Shown here: positions 34,063 through 40,575 of the stretch, in pieces
Numbering within the stretch: the stretch's first letter is position 1
Layout of the letters: each line of letters opens with the position of its first letter
NCBI RefSeq assembly: GCF_001194135.2
Contig: NC_068985.1
Span: 88,868,944 to 88,909,518, forward strand
DNA length: 40,575 nt
Direction of reading: 5' to 3'
Source: Octopus bimaculoides
Taxonomy: Eukaryota
The notes under the pieces: model-generated
Database searches by the model: none
Told to the model about the DNA's origin: nothing
The model's input: only the letters and a program-made list of their open reading frames with translations
Position numbers and translations under genes: made by a program

Positions 34063-35102
34063 TTGCCAGCAATTTTTTCTGCTCCTAAGATGGATTTTAA
34101 CCTTTATATATACTGTTTAGTATTCAAGTGCTAAAAAAAAATATATAACTTTCAAGGTGTTCTACAAAACATTTCAACGCATCAAAAANNNNNNNNNNNN
34201 NNNNNNNNNNNNNNNNNNNNNNNNNNNNNNNNNNNNNNNNNNNNNNNNNNNNNNNNNNNNNNNNNNNNNNNNNNNNNNNNNNNNNNNNNNNNNNNNNNNN
34301 NNNNNNNNNNNNNNNNNNNNNNNNNNNNNNNNNNNNNNNNNNNNNNNNNNNNNNNNNNNNNNNNNNNNNNNNNNNNNNNNNNNNNNNNNNNNNNNNNNNN
34401 NNNNNNNNNNNNNNNNNNNNNNNNNNNNNNNNNNNNNNNNNNNNNNNNNNNNNNNNNNNNNNNNNNNNNNNNNNNNNNNNNNNNNNNNNNNNNNNNNNNN
34501 NNNNNNNNNNNNNNNNNNNNNNNNNNNNNNNNNNNNNNNNNNNNNNNNNNNNNNNNNNNNNNNNNNNNNNNNNNNNNNNNNNNNNNNNNNNNNNNNNNNN
34601 NNNNNNNNNNNNNNNNNNNNNNNNNNNNNNNNNNNNNNNNNNNNNNNNNNNNNNNNNNNNNNNNNNNNNNNNNNNNNNNNNNNNNNNNNNNNNNNNNNNN
34701 NNNNNNNNNNNNNNNNNNNNNNNNNNNNNNNNNNNNNNNNNNNNNNNNNNNNNNNNNNNNNNNNNNNNNNNNNNNNNNNNNNNNNNNNNNNNNNNNNNNN
34801 NNNNNNNNNNNNNNNNNNNNNNNNNNNNNNNNNNNNNNNNNNNNNNNNNNNNNNNNNNNNNNNNNNNNNNNNNNNNNNNNNNNNNNNNNNNNNNNNNNNN
34901 NNNNNNNNNNNNNNNNNNNNNNNNNNNNNNNNNNNNNNNNNNNNNNNNNNNNNNNNNNNNNNNNNNNNNNNNNNNNNNNNNNNNNNNNNNNNNNNNNNNN
35001 NNNNNNNNNNNNNNNNNNNNNNNNNNNNNNNNNNNNNNNNNNNNNNNNNNNNNNNNNNNNNNNNNNNNNNNNNNNNNNNNNNNNNNNNNNNNNNNNNNNN
35101 NN

Positions 35103-35154
<52 letters not shown>

Positions 35155-35574
35155 GTATACATACACCTACACAAACATATGCAGTTATTATGTGGAGAAC
35201 AGCAGATAACGACCTTTCTATTGTTGTCTGATGCACTGATAGAAAAGAAAAAACACATCCCAGCAGCATGAAGTTCATGTCATTTGATGTTTATTACGTA
35301 CACATAATAATTTGTCTATTATGATATTCAGTTGAATCATAAAGGAATCATGGTCAACGAAGATATGTTATTTACATTATGAGATATTATTTGTCGCTCA
35401 CTTGTTTTAGAAATGTACCTGAACTGACTGAAGAATTTCAGTAAATTTTATAAACGTGCTGTGAATCCAATGTAATTGAGTTCTCTGGATATATCCTGAT
35501 ATGTAGAGTTAATTTGAGAGATTGTCAGATGGAATACTATGAAAAAAAGTATTTATGCATAAAAATTTCAGGTT

Positions 35575-35652
35575 ATCTATCTATCTATCTATCCATCTAT
35601 GTATGTATGTATGTATGTATGTATGTATCTATCTATGTAGCTATCTATGTAG

Positions 35653-35688
<36 letters not shown>
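35575..35688. repeat. Compound (ATCT)n-(ATGT)n-(CT)n microsatellite running into a gap
   Basis: Visible directly. Confidence 0.9.
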
Positions 35689-36484
35689 NNNNNNNNNNNN
35701 NNNNNNNNNNNNNNNNNNNNNNNNNNNNNNNNNNNNNNNNNNNNNNNNNNNNNNNNNNNNNNNNNNNNNNNNNNNNNNNNNNNNNNNNNNNNNNNNNNNN
35801 NNNNNNNNNNNNNNNNNNNNNNNNNNNNNNNNNTATATATATATATATATATGCACACACTCACACACGCACACACTCACGCACACAAACACACGCACAT
35901 ATATATATTTATTTGTGTATTACTCAATGCACTGGGAATATTGCAGGTCCTATTGGGGACCTATTGAACGTTACGAGCATTGAATTTATTTTAACGAATC
36001 CAGTGAAAGGCGGACCTCTCCAATATATATTAACACTGTATTTGTAAATTTTTTCCTGAAAAATTTATATAAATTTAAGAACTAATATTTGTCACAAAAT
36101 AATTTATAGAGAACAGATAAAACGTATCTTTCATTATAGAAATATCGATTGCATGACTGAAATGATACACCAGCAGATATATAACTAAATTCTGATAGAG
36201 CTATGTATTGTATAACAAATTCACGTTTGGTGTATTGGTAATCTGATAATTCCTAAGAACCTGCTCCCCTCGCTCTGCTATGTGCCCAATTCCAGTTCTG
36301 TATGAAGTGAAGCTTAAAGTAATTTACATTTTCCTACTCTGAGTAATTAAGCAAGTTTGAATTGCAGGAATATTTCTCCCAATAATCAGGCAATTATACG
36401 AATTATTTAACTTCTTCAGTTTAATTAAAATATTGAAGATACAATTTCCAGTGTTTTGATAAATTGTTATGTACAATTGATACA

Positions 36485-36546
<62 letters not shown>

Positions 36547-37064
36547 TATATACAAACGCACATATATGTGTGTATGTCTGCATATATATATTATATTATA
36601 TTATGTATTATAAACTAGATCCAGTAGTTTAGAAATTGCTAGTCCAACAATATACATTCAACCTGAACTCTCATCAATTAAGTGTAAGTGATATATATTA
36701 ACTTAAATCTGGTACCAGGAAGAGCAGACGAATTGCCTCTAATTGGAATTAAATATTACTTTTAGATAGGATAATCTTGTGGCAATTAATAACAATTAAA
36801 GCCGAAATTGTGTAATGAAAGGTGCGCTTTATCGGGTGTGTAATAACTCGTACAATAATGCAGTATTCATTTATTTCTAGTAAGTTGTTAAACAAAAAAA
36901 GTAACGATACATAAGGACATGAAAATTCATCATCCTTTCTCTTATAGACCACAGAGGTATTCCCGCACTCAGAAACATATACACACATACATATACAATA
37001 CATACATGCATATGTACATACATATAATATACATACATGTGTGTGTCAATGCGTTTATACATAT

Positions 37065-37270
37065 ATAAAATTTCGGGTCTTGTACCCAGAGTAGAAATGA
37101 ATATACATGAATGCTTTTACGTTCTGAGTTCAAATTCCGCTGCGGACGACTTTGCCTTTCATCCTTTCGGGATCGATAAATTAACTACTAGTTGCATACT
37201 GGGGTTTATCCAATCGACTGGTCCCCTCCTCCCAAATTTCGGGCCTTGTGCCGAAAGTAGAAGAGAATAT
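37065..37270 (+). mobile_element. tRNA-derived SINE lacking the A-box head, preceded by an extra 3' tail piece (37065-37100)
   Basis: B-box GTTCAAATTCC at 37128-37138, followed by GACTTTGCCTTTCATCCTTTCGGG...AATTTCGGGCCTTGTGCCGAAAGTAGAA. 37067-37097 repeats the tail as AATTTCGGGTCTTGTACCCAGAGTAGAA. Confidence 0.85.
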
Positions 37271-37644
37271 ATACGAGGGCTGTATTATAATGGTAAGTGA
37301 ATACGTTGTTTGCATACACTGCGAAGCTACATCATAAGGAGTTACTACTACATATGTAAATGTGTAACATATTGCGTATCTAATACGAACTATGGTACCA
37401 GCGAATAAGATATATTTGCATTCAACTTACCACTTCGACATATTAGTGAACAATTTCTACATAAAAACAGCATAAAACCAACTATAAGTTACAGTTTTTA
37501 CTGAATTCGGGCTGTTTCACCTACTCAAATGAGTCTTATCCGAGCCGTGTTCAGCATCACTGAAGTCTAATAAACTATAAGCATTAGAAAAAAACCGATT
37601 CTGTCAGATACAGCTCCAAAAATATGTATTAATATTTAGACTTC

Positions 37645-37890
37645 ATTCAAATTCCGCCGAGGTCGACTTTGCCTTTCATCCTTTTGGGGTCGAATTTGCT
37701 TTTTATCTTTTCGGGATCGACATTGCCTTTCATCCTTTTGGGGTCAATTTTGCTTTTCATCCTTTCGGGGTTGACTATGCCTTTCATCCTTTCGGGGTCG
37801 ATATATACGTACCAGTTCAGTACTGAGCTCGGTCTAATCGACTGGTCTCCTCCCCAAAAAGTTCGGGCTGTGTGTCTAGACTAGTAAAGA
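37645..37890 (+). mobile_element. Same SINE family, with an internal 5 x 27 bp tandem expansion (37662-37796)
   Basis: Units start at 37662, 37689, 37716, 37743 and 37770, consensus GTCGACTTTGCCTTTCATCCTTTYGGG. The flanks align with the single-unit copy at 37.13-37.27 kb. Confidence 0.9.
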
Positions 37891-38044
37891 ATATTTAGTG
37901 TTCATTTTTTCTTTACTATTTTTTCTATAACTGGCACCAAATAATTTAAATATATTTGAGTATAATTAGATTAAAAAAAGAAAAATGCAGACCTAGCCAT
38001 ATACTTCTAAAGTCTTTTTAATTTTACTTAATTCAAATGTTACG

Positions 38045-38180
38045 AACGATCCATCAGTTCTATTGACTATCAACGGAACAGCCTGATCCGAAAATAATGT
38101 TCAAATGGCTGAACACTACATTCTTTTGTGTTCCCCTACGTAGTTCTCAAGCAGGGTCAGTGTGGCACATAATGTGAGAA
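38045..38180 (-). mobile_element. Diverged fragment of the 31.4 kb SINE body
   Basis: ATCAACGGAACAGCCTGATCCGAAAATAATGTTCAAATGGCTGAACACT versus ATCAACGGAACATCTTGCTCGTGAAATTAACGTGCAAGTGACTGAGCACT at 31405-31455. Confidence 0.75.
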
Positions 38181-38328
38181 GATTTCAAATATTCATATAT
38201 ACTTCCAGAAATGTTTTTAGTTGCTTTCACATCAGCCTCAATGAAAAGCTTTACATGATACTAACCATATTATATAAACTATAAGAAGGAATATCATAGA
38301 AATTTATATATATATGTATGTGTGTGTG

Positions 38329-38368
<40 letters not shown>

Positions 38369-40139
38369 TGTGTGTGTGTGCGTGTGTGTGTAGTAGTGTT
38401 TTAAATTTTAACTTTATTCAGCACACATTCATTTAAAATAAACTGTAGTTTATATACAGATTAAAAACCTTGATAAAACAAGCACAGACTATAAAATATT
38501 ATTTGTATTTCAAGGTAATTTAATACGTCTACTTCGGTGCAAAATATGTCTGAATATATTTTATGTATGCACGTGTGAAATTCTATCCAATTATATATAA
38601 GGAGTATATAGTATATAGTATATATATGCTTATATATGTGTGTGTGGGGGGGGGGTGAGTGTGAGCGCGAGTGCGAGTTTATACGGTATTATTCGTGTTG
38701 GTATAACAATCCATCTATTCTGTGTTGCCTAACTCATAACACAAACACCAGATAAATAGCACTCAAATTTAGGCAAAAGTCCAACGATTTTGTAGGTGGG
38801 GTTAAATCAATTACACCGAATCCAGTGATAGATAAATTCATACTAGTGTCTTACTGACATTAATCTGACATCATTTTCAAGCACTCCTACTGATTTTAAT
38901 ACTTTCATTCGGTCATTAGCTACATATCTTTTGATATTATCACCTGCAGCACCACAAATGTCAACACAAGCACGGACACACCTATTTATTCTTAAAATTC
39001 TCATTACGATTCATTCTTTCCCATTCGATACTTCCGGTTTCTCAATAACTAATTTCTCTGATGAAATTCTAACACCTGTGAAGGCATCGCGGGGTATTGC
39101 ACAAACCAACGATTGTAAGAGAGGATAGTTAAGCAAATATGCACCTTATAATAGTATGTAGGTCCACTGACATACAATTTATTTGCCCCAATATCCACGA
39201 AAAAAACTTTTCTCATACACCAGAAAGCATGATTGACACAGAGTCATTCCATAATTGCTGCTGTGACAATTTGCACTTATCTTTCACTATCCATCTCTGT
39301 CAATACCCAATTTATTGCCATTGGCTTCAGATAAAAGAAAGAAAGGATATAGCACTATTATTCATGTAACTTCTTAGTGTATGCATAATGCCAATGTTAC
39401 ATGCCTTTGTTATAAGTATAGATGCTTTGTAGGATCAGCTTGCCTCTTAGCATTATGGAATTTTAAACTACGAGATTTATGAAACATGGGATTATATCCA
39501 TTTTACTCTCACCGCTTCTGTTGCATGCTATTTGGTAATTGCGACAGAAGCCCTAGATTGATTATACGCACAGTTACAGTTATATATATATATATATNNN
39601 NNNNNNNNNNNNNNNNNNNNNNNNNNNNNNNNNNNNNNNNNNNNNNNNNNNNNNNNNNNNNNNNNNNNNNNNNNNNNNNNNNNNNNNNNNNNNNNNNNNN
39701 NNNNNNNNNNNNNNNNNNNNNNNNNNNNNNNNNNNNNNNNNNNNNNNNNNNNNNNNNNNNNNNNNNNNNNNNNNNNNNNNNNNNNNNNNNNNNNNNNNNN
39801 NNNNNNNNNNNNNNNNNNNNNNNNNNNNNNNNNNNNNNNNNNNNNNNNNNNNNNNNNNNNNNNNNNNNNNNNNNNNNNNNNNNNNNNNNNNNNNNNNNNN
39901 NNNNNNNNNNNNNNNNNNNNNNNNNNNNNNNNNNNNNNNNNNNNNNNNNNNNNNNNNNNNNNNNNNNNNNNNNNNNNNNNNNNNNNNNNNNNNNNNNNNN
40001 NNNNNNNNNNNNNNNNNNNNNNNNNNNNNNNNNNNNNNNNNNNNNNNNNNNNNNNNNNNNNNNNNNNNNNNNNNNNNNNNNNNNNNNNNNNNAACGTATG
40101 TAGTATTTAATTCCTTTTGTTTATCTATGTATTGTATTA

Positions 40140-40575
40140 TACTTTGTTCATATTATTATTGGTTTATGGGTAACATGTTGTCACATGCTGTGGTTTGTGG
40201 TTTGTTAGTGGTGTGTGTTAGTGTTCCATTCTAGTTTCCTATTCAGGCTAGGTTTCTCTTCTATTATGTGTGTAGCTTCAGTAATTTGTCTAAGTGCTGC
40301 ATCATTGCTATGTGTAGATAAGATTTTAATTTCTATGTTGTTGATTGAGCCTCTATGTTCTTGCTCAGCGTGCTGGTACAGAACTGATGAGTTCTTCCAT
40401 TCCTTAAGTTCTCTCCAATGTTCGTTTGACTGCTCCCCTATGCTCCTTGCTGTTTCACCTACATATGTCATTGTCTTATTTCTGCATCGTCCCTCTGTAC
40501 ATCTTATACTATAGACCACATTTCGGGTTTTGCAGTTCGTTTGTGGGCTAAATCTACACACGATACAGTTCCTAT
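40140..40575 (-). mobile_element. Penelope-like element 3' end with an uninterrupted GIY-YIG endonuclease frame (continues beyond the window)
   Basis: Stop-free 118 aa: NCKTRNVVYSIRCTEGRC..YVGETARSIGEQSNEH..VLYQH..LRQITEATHIIEEKPSLN. The VY/YVG, H, E and PSLN motifs are present. Stop at 40205-40207. Confidence 0.92.

Larger units (their letters stand above)
1979..40092. other. Assembly gaps (N-runs) at approx. 1979-2321, 3504-3737, 7708-7717, 20712-21049, 30728-30787, 34189-35103, 35689-35833, 39598-40092
   Basis: N-runs; each abuts (TA)n, (CA)n or (CT)n on at least one side, typical of short-read scaffolding. Confidence 0.95.

Noticed and set aside
19575-39070. Other CTGATGA/CTGAAGA heptamers (e.g. 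near 19585 minus, 21390, 35430, 36415 minus, 39060)
   Set aside because: None has a helix II followed by GAAA and an NUH site, so they are not hammerheads.
343-39369. Most ORFs in the supplied track (poly-I/N/Y/K/H-T/C-V peptides and those containing X)
   Set aside because: They are translations of microsatellites, N-gaps or the antisense strand of TE remnants, with no domain content.

Overview
AT-rich, microsatellite-dense, gapped (8 N-runs) metazoan genomic DNA. From memory, the repeat complement (Dong/R4 LINE tail, RTE-BovB-like LINE, several Penelope-like elements, Tc1/mariner remnants, tRNA-derived SINEs) looks like a coleoid cephalopod, probably Octopus; this is not database-verified. 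I cannot identify any intact host protein-coding gene, and nearly all ORFs in the supplied track are microsatellite, N-run or antisense-TE artefacts. The most interesting signal is a set of minimal type I hammerhead-ribozyme (HHR) motifs in short Penelope-related repeats. One family of roughly 150-180 bp occurs three times, always directly downstream of an (AAT)n array. Two of these copies form a ~570 bp near-palindrome at 10.8-11.35 kb. Penelope-associated minimal HHRs are a known class, so any novelty lies in this specific family and arrangement. Other items worth checking: a triplicated stop-codon/3'UTR module in the RTE element, a SINE with a 5x27 bp alternating internal array, a GC-rich 6x20 bp minisatellite, a long direct duplication around a Penelope fragment, and several unidentified splice-flanked reading frames of low confidence.
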